DNA of 64,000 nucleotides from Octopus vulgaris. Lineage: Eukaryota. The translations under genes were made by a program, and so were the position numbers. The stretch covers positions 115,072,001-115,136,000 of the forward strand of contig OX597818.1 in the NCBI GenBank assembly GCA_951406725.2, read 5' to 3'. Shown one piece after another: positions 1 to 13,900 of this stretch. A model generated the notes under the pieces. It did no database searches. It worked only from the letters and a program-made list of their open reading frames with translations, and was not told the origin of the DNA. Position 1 is the first letter of the stretch. Every line of letters begins with the position of its first letter.

Positions 1-58
1 TTTTTTTACGGCGAATTTTCTGACGGCAAAAATGTTTACGGCGAAATTTCCTGTAGCC
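1..58. repeat. Short tandem acggcRaa repeats, probably the end of an element cut by the window edge
   Basis: acggcgaa, acggcaaa and acggcgaa spaced about 15 bp apart. Confidence 0.35.
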
Positions 59-438
59 CTATTCAGAACCTACTCTTGCAGCTAAGTGTGAAATCACGAA
101 TCATCCTCTATGGGTGAGCAAGAGCAGCAACTGAGCCTTCCTTACATCCCCACCTCACTATGGCAACAACGAGATCTCCAGGATTACAAGACAGAACGAT
201 CAGTGGAGAGAATTAAACAAACCCAGATTACTTCACTAATCCCTATAGGATAAATTATTAAATGCCTGCGTATGTAGTGTGGTCCTCAACTAGTCGGATG
301 ATCTGCTAGAAATAGTAGTCAAGTTCTCTCATACGGTACCCCATCATCCTTGAAAAGCGTAGTCCTACATAAACAAAATAAAAAACAGATATTGACAGCT
401 GGAATACCTTAAATCGTAGGTCTTTAACCATAATCGAA

Positions 439-670
439 CTATTTCTTCACTACCCACAAGGGGCTAAACACAGAGGGGACAAATAAAGACAGACACACGG
501 ATTAAGTCGATTACATTGACCCCGGTGCGTAACTGGTACTTATTTATTCGACCTCGAAAGGATGAAAGGCAAAGTCGGCCTCGGCGGAATTTGAACGCAG
601 AACGTAACAGCAGATGAAATACCGCTAAGCATCTCGCCCGGTGTGCTAACGTTTCTGCCAGCTCGTCGCC
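439..670 (-). mobile_element. SINE family A (tRNA-like head ggcggcgagctggcagaa), full length
   Basis: A-box-like and B-box-like (gttcaaatt) motifs, central gcctttcatcctttcgaggtcga domain and a 15-bp TSD tttaaccataatcga (423-437 / 671-685). Other copies lie near 2052-2228+, 9690-10043-, 21802-21977+, 32862-32995-, 40456-40836+, 41577-41810-, 44952-45277+ and 51335-51980-. Confidence 0.9.
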
Positions 671-1150
671 TTTAACCATAATCGAGCTGGCTTGAGACTA
701 AACCACAAAATACCTTCAAAGATCAAGGCTGACTCTACCTGTACAATAATGATTAGACAATCAATTAAATCAGACACCAAGACATCTAAATTTGGGGGTA
801 TTTGTACCATTCTTTATATATTGAAGTGTTGCAAACTTGTACCGTCAGGTCTTCTGTGATCCATTGTCGAAAGAACAGCTGAATGGAAATATCAATGAAT
901 CGTATAAGAAAAAATATTGATCAAACATTTGAAGGGTAGAACATTGTTATATTGCTTCTCTTTTGTGGTAGACTAAAGTCATGGATCTTGGGTAAACATT
1001 GGCTGTTTGAACGTCCGGTATGCTATACGAAAAGATAGCCGTCATGATGTTAGAATCGTAAAAAGGACGAAATATTTCATTGGAATCTGGATGAAAAAAG
1101 TTGTTAACGCTGTATAAATTCCAGTCGGAAACGTCATTTTCTTTTCTTAA

Positions 1151-1374
1151 CCCATTAAGTCATACTGTTCTATAAATAGGACACTAGATGAAAACATTAA
1201 CTAAGATATATCACATTGTCTCAGTGTCCTATTTGTAGGACACTGAGTATTTCCATTTCTACTTGAAGTAAAGGAGTTTTAATAATTAATTTGTTTCATT
1301 TTAACCCGTTTTCATTCATCTGTAAAAAATTAGAAGTGATATTCAGAAATTTAAAAACTCTGGGACATAATGAG
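1151..1374. mobile_element. piggyBac-like MITE
   Basis: Flanked by TTAA at 1147-1150 and 1375-1378. Ends cccattaagtc / gacataatgag; internal inverted repeat ctataaataggacact / agtgtcctatttgtag. Confidence 0.6.
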
Positions 1375-2494
1375 TTAATATCGGTGAGAAAATAATGATA
1401 ACCACAACTATCCACTTGAACTATGCAAACTTGACACTTTTAGGTTTGCTGAGATCAAATTATAAGGTTTGTTTGCGAAACGCCAAAACAATGCAGAAGC
1501 AAATGAACGAAATAAACTGGAATAATAATAAAACTCGGTGTGGGGGCTGCAATCTATAATGTGAGGACAAAAACTTTCTCAAAAATATTCATAATTATAG
1601 CTACTAATGAGATTAAATAGAAAAAAAATTCTAAATAAAACCACAGCATATTTGTAATTATATAATACTCCACACGGAGACAAATACGGATGTACATATG
1701 TAAATGTAGGTATTTATGGAATGCCCTTGTGGTTTTTACATAAGTATGATGGCTTAGTTCCCTAGGAGAAAAGAAACACGATTTGTTTCCATAGTTCTCG
1801 AAGTGCCATTAATAGTATATGAGCACTGGTACCAATAGCTCATTGAAACCAGGCTTCAAACGTAAATTTACAGAGGTGCTCACATCTAATCAGACAGGTG
1901 ATTAGATGTGAACATTTCTATAAATGATGGTTTTCAAGTTTCCCAGGACTGAGTCTCACACTATGATTTAAGAACCATATTCAGCGACACATGTGACGCA
2001 GCATGAGGCAAACAGTAGCAAGTGAAGAAGTGGCAATATATTGCCATTGAAATGTGGCGAGCTGGTAGAATCATTAGCGCGCCAGGTGAAATTCTTAATG
2101 GTATTTCATCTGCCGCTACGTTCTGAGTTCAAATTCCGCCAAGTTCGACTTTGCCTTACTGGGGTCGATCTAATCGACTGGCCCACTCCCCGCACAATTT
2201 CGGGTTTTGTGCCAAGAGTAGAAAAGAATATATTGCCATTAAATCGATTACGTGCGGAATCGCACCAGCACGTCTGTCGGTGCCCTTATCCGACAGTTCA
2301 AACGTTACTGAAGTCAAATGTTAACTACTGCCGCAAGATCTTGAGACAGTTTTGGTCGTGTTCACTTTGGATCGTTTCCTTCGATCTTGTTACCATGGAT
2401 AACGCTAGCCAGAGTTCGGCTCTCGGCGACATTGCTCTCAGAGTTATTGAACCAAGCAAGCCTTCTCCTTAAGCACGAAACAACCATCATAGGA

Positions 2495-2562
<68 letters not shown>

Positions 2563-2844
2563 GTGTGTGTGTGTGTTTGTATATATGTGTTTATATAGAT
2601 GTGTATATATGTATATATTTGTGTGTGTGTGTCCTTGTTTTCGTATATATTCGCTGCTTCCTTCCAAGGAATCTAGTGCCAGATTGGAGCAATCTCGAGT
2701 ATAACCAGCCGAAATTGCAAAGATAATCTTGAACTTGACTGAGAAAAGAAAACTTCGAATGACCCGTCCGTGTTTTTTCTTGTCCCTTTTTTGTATCATC
2801 TAGCTGTCTGGATGCTTTGCATTCTTGTCCCATATTTTGTATTC

Positions 2845-2904
<60 letters not shown>

Positions 2905-2981
2905 ATATATATATAAATAGATGAGTGTATTTTTACCTTGTTAACAATTAACACGGAAAAATTTACGATTTTTACTGTAAG

Positions 2982-3025
<44 letters not shown>

Positions 3026-3182
3026 CAAAAAGAATATATATACAGACCAAATCAGCTATCTGTGCTGAATCAGAACTTCCATTCGTATATCGAAACTATC
3101 TGGTGTCTCTTTACGGACCCACAACTTATCATCAAATTTATATATAAATATATATACGAAAACATATATATATATATATAAT

Positions 3183-3227
<45 letters not shown>

Positions 3228-3429
3228 CTGCGTTTGTACCCCTACCATCGCTTGACAACCAATGTTGGTGTGTTTACGTCTCCGTAACTTAGTGGTTCGG
3301 CAAAAAGAGACCAATAGAATAAGTCCTGGGTTTGTTATACATGTCTGAGTTTCATCTTGTGAGGAAGTAACAAAATTTCCAAGTTCATAGTCATCACTAC
3401 ATTCGGATTTTATATATATATAATTATAT

Positions 3430-3499
<70 letters not shown>

Positions 3500-3660
3500 T
3501 CTGTGTGTTTATGTTTATTATAGATACATCTATTTATACCAGGAGTTCAAATGTCACTCAATAATTTCGCATTTCATTTTTTCAGGTATAAAACATTATC
3601 CATTCAAACCTCAGTGCCGGTTTAATCATTGTGTTGATCATTCTTTCTTCATAAGAAATA

Positions 3661-3877
3661 CGAGGGGCTGCTGAAAAGTTCCTGGCTCTAAGGGTGTCAC
3701 GAAAGGCATGTTAGGAAGTCCCAAAGTTCCGAGCTCTTTCACGGGGCTTATAAAAACTAAAGGAGCGCTGCAATAAGTGTGTGAATCAGGAAGGGGAATA
3801 TGTTGGATAAAATCTTAATTAACTGATCCTCCTGTATTTTGTTTTACTCAAACCCAGGAACCTCTCAGCACCTCCTC
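3661..3877 (+). mobile_element. Mariner-derived non-autonomous MITE; a partial inverted copy lies at about 32771-32862
   Basis: TA followed by cgaggggctgctgaaaagttcctgg, with a degenerate inverted end ccaggaacctctcagcacctcctc. The interior translates to ERCNKCVNQEGEYVG*, resembling a mariner transposase C-terminus. Confidence 0.75.
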
Positions 3878-5164
3878 ACACGTAGCCTTATACCTATGTA
3901 AGAAACCATTGTAAATATTATTTTAGCACTGAGACATCTGTCATTCAAGGCGAGGTATTTAGATTCTTTTGTACCACATTACTACCAACACCCTTTGTTT
4001 AACTTTACTGCCAAGACACATTTCCTCAAGACTTGGGTTTCGTAGAATAAAAACAATGTATTTTTAGTATATATTTTCTTTTGCCTGTTTTCCTTTTATA
4101 AGTGGAGGGAAGGACAATAAAATGCAAGAAGTACCAAACGACTATTTAAAAAAATACTAATTCTCCAAGCTGTTCACCCCTGTCCTTTGGCCCACATTAT
4201 GACTCCGAGATGTTTATAAACTGTCACGTAGAATCTTGTTATACATGTCTGTGTTTCATCTTGTGAGGAAGTAACAAAATTTCCAAGTTCATAGTCATCG
4301 CTACATTCGGATATTTGCGCTTACACATACTTCTTGCTCTCACCAACCCACCTCTTCATGATAATAATATCCGGCTTACCACGTTTTTGTATAATGTCGT
4401 TTAGACGGTTCGCTTTTGATTAACGATAGTCTTACATTCCTTTAAGAAATCCTTCGATCTTTGCTTTTATTCGAAGCACTTCTTAACAATAATGGTTATT
4501 ATTCCTAACAATTCTGTCTCTTCAGATCAGTCGCCATCGAGCAAATTTATGATCAAAATCATTCCATTCGCGACCATGCCATCTGCTGTGTGGCTGTGTG
4601 GTAAGACGCTTGCTTCGCAACCACATGGTTCCGGGTTCATTCCCACTGCGTGGCATCTTGTGTAAGTGTCTTCTACTATTACCTCGGGCCAACCAAAGCC
4701 TTGTGATTGGATTTGGCAGACAGAAACTCAAAGAAGCCCGTCGTATATCTATATGTATATAAATGTATGTATTTGTTATTTGTCTGCGTTTGTACCCCTA
4801 CCATCACTTGACAACCAATGTTGGTGTGTTTACGTCTCCGTAACTTAGTGGTTCGGCAAAAAGAGACCAATAGAATAAGTCCTGGGGTCGATTTGTTCGA
4901 CTCAAGCCGGTGTTCCAGCATGACTGCAGTCAAATGACTGAAACAAGTACATCTATAAAAGAATAAAGGAATATATTTGATTCTTTTACTTGTTTCAAAA
5001 ATTTGACTGCGGCCATACCGAAGCACCGACTTTGGTCGAACAAATCGACCCCGGGACTTATTCTTTGTAAGCCTAGTACTTATTCTGTCGGGTTCTCTTG
5101 CCGAACTGCTAATTTACGGGGACGTAAACACACCGACATCGGTTGTCAAGCAATGGTGGGGGCA

Positions 5165-5218
<54 letters not shown>

Positions 5219-6243
5219 TACATACATATATATATATATATAATATGTATGTATATAGTATGTATGTATGTATGTATGTATGTATGTATGTATGTATGTA
5301 TGTATGTATATTTGCAGTGATATGAAAGTGATGTGACTTCTATTTCTAGAAGGTTGAAGGAATTTATAGAGTCTCTCTCATACCGTCTGTGTTGGTGGCT
5401 TTGATTATTCTGTCGTTCATCACGTTGATGATGACGAGGATAACGTGGATGGTGTTGCTTAGCTCCATTTCCACCCTGATCAAGCGGACGTCTGTCAGTA
5501 AATATTACATCTTTTATTTAGACGTGGTGCACCCCGCATCACGGCATCAAAATATTCTAAATGCTTTAAATTCATTCGAGAGATATTTGAGGAAAATATA
5601 ACTACAATTTCAAACGGATTGATCTACTACGTAGAGGCTCCTTTCCCTGCTCATATATTCGCATTCTTTTAATCACGTGCAGTTGAATTACATTTGCAAG
5701 AACATTTTCTATTCTTTACTTTCCGTGTTTCTTTCCCATTTTGTTTTTTGATTTTCACAATTATTTATTTTCTAGTCGTAATCCGTCCTTATCTTTGATT
5801 TATTTTGACATTAACTTTCCACCTGCCGAGGTCGAATCTCATTTCCTTATTCTTCCTTAAAGCCATTTCTTTCTGCGTATAAATTCAAAAACACGACCTT
5901 ATATTTCTCATGCTCGTTAACTGCCAGCTGGTTTTTGTAAACCCTACAATTTTGATAATACACAAGCTTTACAATTATTGGTGCGGCTTTCTTACTTCTA
6001 GCTCAGCACTTTTTTGTGGGTCGGGGAGTCGGAAGAGAGGAAGGAACACAGCATGTTGAAAATGGTAAGATCAGATACGTTTCTCTACAGCACAACCGAG
6101 ATAAAAGTTCTCCAATTATCACTTGAATTTTAATGTGTACAACAAGTCTTTAGACTGCTGCATGAATATAAAATGTTTATAATCGTTAATCTGGAGTCAA
6201 ACTCCCAAACATCATCTGTAATATATTATGCATACGTGTGTGC

Positions 6244-6275
<32 letters not shown>

Positions 6276-6310
6276 CAAAGTGGAGTTGTAGGGTACCGCA
6301 CGAGTGGAAT

Positions 6311-6414
6311 TATATACGAAAGAAGGTTTGAAAATGCAATTTTAAAAGATGTTTATTTTTGTTAAAGATGTTTAAATAAACATCTTTTAAAATTGCATTT
6401 TCAAATCTTCTTTC

Positions 6415-6421
<7 letters not shown>
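6311..6421. repeat. Hairpin with arms of about 48 bp
   Basis: tatatacgaaagaaggtttgaaaatgcaattttaaaagatgttt / aaacatcttttaaaattgcattttcaaatcttctttcgtatata. Confidence 0.9.
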
Positions 6422-6482
<61 letters not shown>

Positions 6483-6486
6483 TATA

Positions 6487-6891
6487 TCATATAAATTGGA
6501 CATGGGCGATCGTTATATTATTTCTTGTCTTGAGGTTCACAGCCAAACGGCTTGATGGATTCGTACGAAAAATGACACACATGTGGAGACGTGTGCATAG
6601 ATTGGAATGCGGTTTGTATTTTTAGTTAGCCCCCATACTTACCAAGAAAACCGATTAAAACTTTTTCTAATGGAATTCCCCTCTTTCTTCCGCCATTAAA
6701 ACAACCAGTTGCTTAGAAGCTGTTTTCTAACGGGGTGGGGTCAAGAAATTTCCATACAGCTGGAGGCTCCAATCAAAACAAGGGACCCAAAATTATAAGG
6801 TTGAGAAACGCTGTTATAGATTATGCCTAACCGAAAACGATCACAGCCACATCATTCAAACAGATCGGGTGAAACCGGGATTAGCTGCTAG
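6487..6891 (+). mobile_element. Non-autonomous Helitron
   Basis: Starts A|TC and ends with a subterminal hairpin (tcgggtgaaaccggga) followed by CTAG|T; no TSD. Confidence 0.65.
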
Positions 6892-7063
6892 TATATATAT
6901 ATATATATATACACACATATATATATCGGGAGAGTTTACGAAAAAAACAAAAGACGAAGACAGGTGGTGTACAAAACAAACAGATGTATTAGTATAACGC
7001 TCAGGAATAGAAGTCTTTTATGTTTCGAGCCTACGCTCTTGTACAGAAATGGACACAGAAAAA

Positions 7064-7245
<182 letters not shown>

Positions 7246-7839
7246 CACGTATGTGTACATGCTGTCCTAAAAATATTCTCACACATTGAATGATTGCAGA
7301 CAGTGTTTATTAAATTACATTTCATTTTCAAATTTTGATGGAATCTTTAGACAGAATTTAACAATGGAATCGCAAGCATAAAGAAATATTTCATTCGATA
7401 TTAGTACGTATTTTCGTTTAATGGCTGCCACTAATTTGTCATCTGTTACCGGTTTTGTGACAAAAACTTTCTTTTAACAATCTCCATCAAAAAATCTACA
7501 TGTATAAGCTCCGGTCATCCTCTTTACCCGAACCACTTGTTTAGTAATGATTTAGTAATTGTTTAGTTATTATTTAGTAATGTAATGATTGCATTGTTCA
7601 ATTAAATGGAGTTGCATGAAGCGATGGTACTGCATTACCTCTGGATATCCTTGTTGCTTATTTTTATTTTAATCCTCTTACTTTGAAATTGTATGGATAA
7701 TACCGTACTAAATTCTAGTGCCTTAACTTAAGTATCATATTCATCTGAATCTAAATTTTTGCTATATATATGTAACACATGGTATAATTTTAAACAGGGC
7801 AAAATTTAGCCATTTCCTTGCAGACTGATATATATATAT

Positions 7840-7871
<32 letters not shown>

Positions 7872-8755
7872 GTATGTTTATTATTATTATTATTATTATT
7901 ATTAATATTATATATCGTTGCTATTATGTTAAACTGTCGTATGTCCAAATTTGGCCAAATGTGTGTTTTTTTTTCTTTTTTCTTTTTTTTTGATAGATTG
8001 CTTGCAATAACCGGTTCTTTCGGTCAAACTATCCCATCTCTGCTTCAGATACCAAGATATCACTCGCTCGATATAGGTAACCACCACCCTAAGCTATCTC
8101 CTTCAGAGACGAAACAAATTAACTGCCACAGGAAGAAAACTGAAGAGAGAAAAGAATTTGGTCAATGTGGTATTTCATAGAACTGGGATATCCGTTTTTA
8201 GCTCTCAGTCTTAAGCCATTGTAGGCTCTTATCATGGGTGAACAGTATAGAGATCCAGTAAAGAAATTTAATACACTGCGACCTCCTTATGGTCAGTGGC
8301 ATGTGGTTGGCGATTACTACTACATTTTGGAAAAATTTACAAATATACAAATGAAAAGGCAGCTCAGGTTACTACTTATTGTTTTAAACCTGAAGTATCA
8401 AAAGCTATTTATTTGCCACAGATTCATATAAGTATAAACAGTTAATTGTAATGGTTCTAACTAGTTATCGGAGATTATAAATAAACTCTAAGAGGTAAAA
8501 TGGCAATTAGACTACAATGTGATCCTAAAATATAGGACTAAGGTATCATTGGTGGTACAGCTGTAATTGCGAGGCAAAGGTTGCTTTTAAAGAGGGTAGA
8601 AGAGTAAATGAAACGAGTGCAAAGGGGAAAGAGATCACACATCTGTGACCTCTTCAGCGCCATTTTTCGTTTTCGTGTGTGTTCTTGCTCCACTTACTCC
8701 GTTCTGTTCTTCTAAGATGTGTATCCTTATGTTCGCACGTGCTTGTGTCCTTGTT

Positions 8756-8825
<70 letters not shown>

Positions 8826-10912
8826 ACTGTGCGTGTATGCTTGTGTGTGTGTCATAGCTTTTTGCAGCAGTATGGTCTTCCCCTCAGCCCCATCCGCTCA
8901 CTCCATCGTGCTGCATGGGGACTGGCGCATCAAAGAATAGACCCCGATGTTTCCCCTGCGAGTCGTAAAAGGCGACTAAAAGAGGCTGAGGTAGGATTTG
9001 CACTTTGACCTTGTAAAACGGTCACCAGCAACGAACACCCAAACAGACCCATGGGCTGGAGGGGTTTTGCCTGAGTGATGCAAAAGTTTCATCTGCCAGG
9101 AGTTATGGAATCACGTACAAATGGTGGATGCAGCAAAGCGCTGTTACAGCACATTCCCTCATACTACTACTACTACTACTACCACCACTACTGCTGCTGC
9201 TGCCGCTTCTTGGATTTCACCGTGAAAAATTCTTATATTGGAGCATCTCGTAGTTTGAGTTACATGCGTTTTCTCTGAAGTTAATGAGTTTTCGTGTGTA
9301 TATACAGTCTATGTAATAACAGTGGAGATGCTTCAAACCTAATTATAAGTCCTTCCTATTTACAGGAAGACATTTTATTTTCCTTTATTTCTGCCTGCAC
9401 CACAGGAATTCTCTTCAAAATGGCTACAGCGTTAATAGTGGGTGAGGAATCGTGAAAAAGGCGGCAGCCAATTTACTAACTTAAATAGCAGCAGTCATTT
9501 TTGTTTCTCTTTGTATTTTTTGCGAAAAGGCAATTAAAATCCCACGTCCATCGTTTAGAAATTCCCAAAAGCGTATTGTAATATTTCTGTTATTAGCAAT
9601 ACTCACACTACAAAACATTCTAACTGGAACAAAGACACGACAAAGAACGGTTTTAAATATTGACACATGGTCGGCAATTTGAGCAGGGTGGTAATTATTT
9701 TATTAACCTCGAAAGGGTGAAAGGCGAAGTGTACCTCGGTGGGGTTTCGATTTAGAATGTAATGAATTGAGGGAAATGCCGCAAAGTGCTTTATCCAACC
9801 CTCGCCTAAGAACTCTTTCGTTTTCTCCCACATGTGCAGGATCTGAAATTTGGGGAGACGAGGATAGTCGATCGCATCGACTCCACTGTTCCATTAGTGT
9901 TTACTGGTAATTTATATAATGAATCAGGAAGGAAGGAAAGGCAAAATCAACCTCGGCGGAATATGAACTCAGAACGTAAAACTGGAAGAAATGCTGGGAG
10001 ACATCTTGTCTGGTGTGCTAAAGATTCTGCCAGCTCGCCGCCTTAGATACTAGTAAGAATAAAGAGGAAAAAGACTGTAATCTTAATTTTGTTACTTGAA
10101 AAGCACGGCGCAACAACACTGACGACTGTGGCAATGAAATTACAGTCAACATTAAAAAAAGAAAAGAAAAACAAGAAACCAGCCAAAAGACACAAAGAAA
10201 AATAAACACACTTGCTGTGATATGGATTGTGTATGCTTAGACACCAACTGTCACAGATTTTAGAGAGAAGTTGGAGGTTGTAAAAGAAATGACAAAAGCA
10301 AAAACGAAACAAAAATCATTATTATTATCGTGATAGTGCGGTATGATATAAAAGACATCTCAAGCAAGCAAAGGCAGGTCGGAGGTTTATGAAAAATGAA
10401 TCTGATATCTATACTAAAATCATAAACCTCTTCTCTTGATGTCGTAGGCCCTTGATAAGGTAGGAACTTGATGAGGTAGGGCCTTGATTGCTTTTAGAGC
10501 GTGTTGAGTAAGTAACCATTTTGTTTATTGTTTCAGTCTCAGCCATAATATTATTGAAGGCCGGTTGTGGAAATACAAGAAGCCTTGAAGCGTGGTTATT
10601 TGTTATTGCCTTTTAAGTAACACGCATCAAATTACACGGTTTCGATCTGATACTCTTTAGCGAAATCAGATCTCTCTAGTACACATGTAAAATAAAAACG
10701 GCACACCTTCTGAGTACATTGTTTCTGCTCTAATTAACAGATGGCCTTGGAAAGAGGAAAAATGCATTGTTGATGTGCTGAGCTTCTAATTCTCAGCCGT
10801 AGGGTTGGTTTTGCAGATTCAAATGACAAAGTCATGCAGTTTAGTACGATCAACCGTGTAAATGATACACTAAGTACCTTGTCAGTTCTATTTGTTGTAA
10901 TTCATATCTTTG

Positions 10913-11275
10913 TGGAGGCGCAGTGGCCTAGTGGTTAGGGCTGCGGACTCGTGGTTGTAGGATCACGGTTTCGGTTCCCAGACCGGACGTTGTGAGTGTT
11001 TATTGAGCGAAAACACCTAAAGCTCCACGAGGCTCCGGCAGGGGGTTGGAGGCGAACCCTGCTGTACTCTTTCACCACAACTTTCTCTCATTTTTTCTTC
11101 CTGTTTCTGTCGTACCTGTTTCTTCCTGTTTCTGTCGTTGAATCTCCCCGAGAACTACGTTAAGGGTACATGTGTCTGTGGAGTGCACAGCCACTTGGAC
11201 ATTAATTTCACGAGCAGACTGTTCCGTTGATCGGATCAGCTGGAACCCTCGTCGTCGTAACCGACGGAGTGCCGT
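10913..11275 (+). mobile_element. SINE family C (tRNA-like head ggaggcgcaatggcctagtggttaggg)
   Basis: tRNA-like head and 3' end ccctcgtcgtcgtaaccgacggagtgcc. Other copies lie near 17435-17856-, 19226-19602+ and 24156-24435+; diverged relatives near 32995-33190+, 49425-49700- and 59480-60455-. Confidence 0.85.
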
Positions 11276-11661
11276 AGAAATTCATATCTTTAACATCTCG
11301 TATTGAAATATTTCACAAATATCATTTCTTATTTAAAACAGGTGATAGTAATTGTGTCAGCTACGTGTTCTCTGTATATGATTTGTTAGTCGGTACAACA
11401 TTTCACATTCATTTATCAGTAAAAATAGGAAAAATAGGAAAATGAGATGAGACGGGAAATAACAAAATTAGAAAATTAGATATGGAAATAGCTGAAGGAT
11501 GAATATGAAATTCCTTTTCGAACAGTGCTTTGCATTTTGGTAGATTACGATGTATTTCTAGAGAGAGATAAACAAAAAAAACTGTAACTGTATATGAATA
11601 CGTGTTTGCCCACACACCACTACGTGCACTTTTCTACGCATGTGTGTGTATGTGTGTGTGT

Positions 11662-11710
<49 letters not shown>

Positions 11711-11967
11711 CGTGTGTGTGTGTGATCATGCGTTTTTTTTTTGTTTCTGTATTTTGTTTTTTTGCTTTTTTTGCGAGGTGCGTATTTAGGTTTGTCTATC
11801 ATCGCTTGATAACCAATGCTGGTTTGTTTACGTTCCCGCAAATTAGAGATTCGTCAAAAAGGGAGCGATAAAATAAGTACTAGGCTTAAAATAATACTGA
11901 GGTCGATTTAATCAAATAAGATAACTCTAGTTAAGCAGGCATTCTAATACGTCAGGTACTTGTGTGT

Positions 11968-12024
<57 letters not shown>

Positions 12025-12562
12025 GCATTTGTTTATGCATGTGTACGCCTGGTGTATGTTCATATGTGAGCGCATGCGAGTGTGTGTGTGTGTGTGTGTG
12101 TGCGTGTGTAGCCAGTGGGTGTGAGTGTGGGCGGTGCCGAAGGAGGTGTTAGGATGTGGGTTAGAGTCTTTTTGCTATGTGTGTAATATACAGGTACAGA
12201 AACCATTCGTCTTATCGCGGTTCACCTCTCGCGCCCTCAGTCCATCGCAGATATTTCTGGCTAATATATGTATATTTATATCGCGAACTCCTCAATATAC
12301 CACGGGTTTCTGCGGCCGATAGCTATTTATATTTCCTTAGATTTTAATTATTTCTGAGGTATTATTTCACGCCTAAAATCCAATAAATAAAAATAAAGTA
12401 CAGTACTGCACGTATAACACATTAATTAAAATATGTTAAAAGAAAATACCTAGTGTACCATAGATGAGTAAACAAAGAATCGCACATATTGTATGGAAAA
12501 TGAAACTCGGGAGGCGAGTGTGTGGTGTGGTGTTTTGCATTTATAATAAAATAAATATATAT

Positions 12563-12726
12563 AGGCGTAGGAGTGGCTGTGTGGTAAGTAGCTTGCTTAC
12601 CAACTACATGGTTCTGGATTCAGTCCCACTGCGTGGCACCTTGGGCAAGTGTCTCCTACTATAGCCTCGGGCGGACCAAAGCCTTGTGAGTGGATTTGGT
12701 AGACGGAAACTAAGAGAAGCCTGTCG

Positions 12727-12783
<57 letters not shown>

Positions 12784-12860
12784 ATATATACATATATATA
12801 TGTGTATATATATATATATACACACACATATATATATGTATATATATGTGTATATATATA

Positions 12861-12928
<68 letters not shown>

Positions 12929-13585
12929 GTTAATCCAAACAAGAAAGCACAAAAAAAACACAACAACGCGAGGACGTGGAACAAATGTATTATTGGACGC
13001 TCAGGAAAGAATGAAAGAAGGAGGGTTTAACGTTTCGAGCGGAGCTCTTCATCGGAAACATAGGAGAAGGAAAGATCCAGAGAAGGGAAAACAGAGGAAA
13101 AAAAATCGCCAACGGTACACACGAGGTCAAATTTTGAATGACTGGAAGGAAATGTTAGAAAGAGTGGCGAGTTTTTTTAAAAAGTAAGTGAGAACGTTTT
13201 TGTGCGGGTTGCAAGCATTGGTGGGGGGAGCAAGAAAACGGCAAAGAAGGGATTGAAGGTGTTGGAGGAAAGAGTGCAAGTCAGGCATGTTGAGAAGTAG
13301 TGAATGTCTGTGTAGGTGTAAGTGGTGGCGACACAAGTGGAAAAGTGGAAGTAGAAGAAGAAAGGTAAAAAGAGGACGAGGAAAAAGTGGAAGAGTTACG
13401 GACAAATTTTTTTGATTTCCAATCACGATTTCAGTGGCGTACTCCGGAAGAATGGTAACAGTAATCCGTAGGTGTAAAAATCCAGGAATTGGTATCCAAG
13501 GCACTCAGAAGGCCGGGGTCCGTGTGAGCGTGCGGTATATAAAGTTATATATATATATATATATATGTGTGTGTATATATATATG

Positions 13586-13654
<69 letters not shown>

Positions 13655-13675
13655 GTATGTATATATATATGTATG

Positions 13676-13728
<53 letters not shown>

Positions 13729-13900
13729 TTGTGTGTGTGTGTTTGTCCCCCACTATCGCTTGACAACCGATGCTGGTGTGTTTGTGTAACTTAGCGGTTC
13801 GGCAAAAGACCCTGATAGAATAAGTACTAGGCTTACAAAGAATAACTCCTGGGGTCAATTTGCTCGACTAAAGGCTGTGCTTTTACAACAAGTAATAAAA
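12563..13900 (+). mobile_element. SINE family B interrupted in its central microsatellite by an insert of about 600 bp
   Basis: Head at 12563-12727 and 3' half at 13735-13900, separated by (TA)n, the 12929-13536 insert and more (TA)n. Confidence 0.8.
13025..13059 (-). ncRNA. Minimal type-I hammerhead-like motif
   Basis: Minus strand gttt-CCGATGAA-gagc(tcc)gctc-GAAA-C-GTT-aaac. Stem I covaries with the H1 copies. Confidence 0.6.

Noticed and set aside
10913-10990. tRNA-like heads of SINE families A, B and C as real tRNA genes
   Set aside because: They do not form complete cloverleaves and continue into shared SINE bodies.
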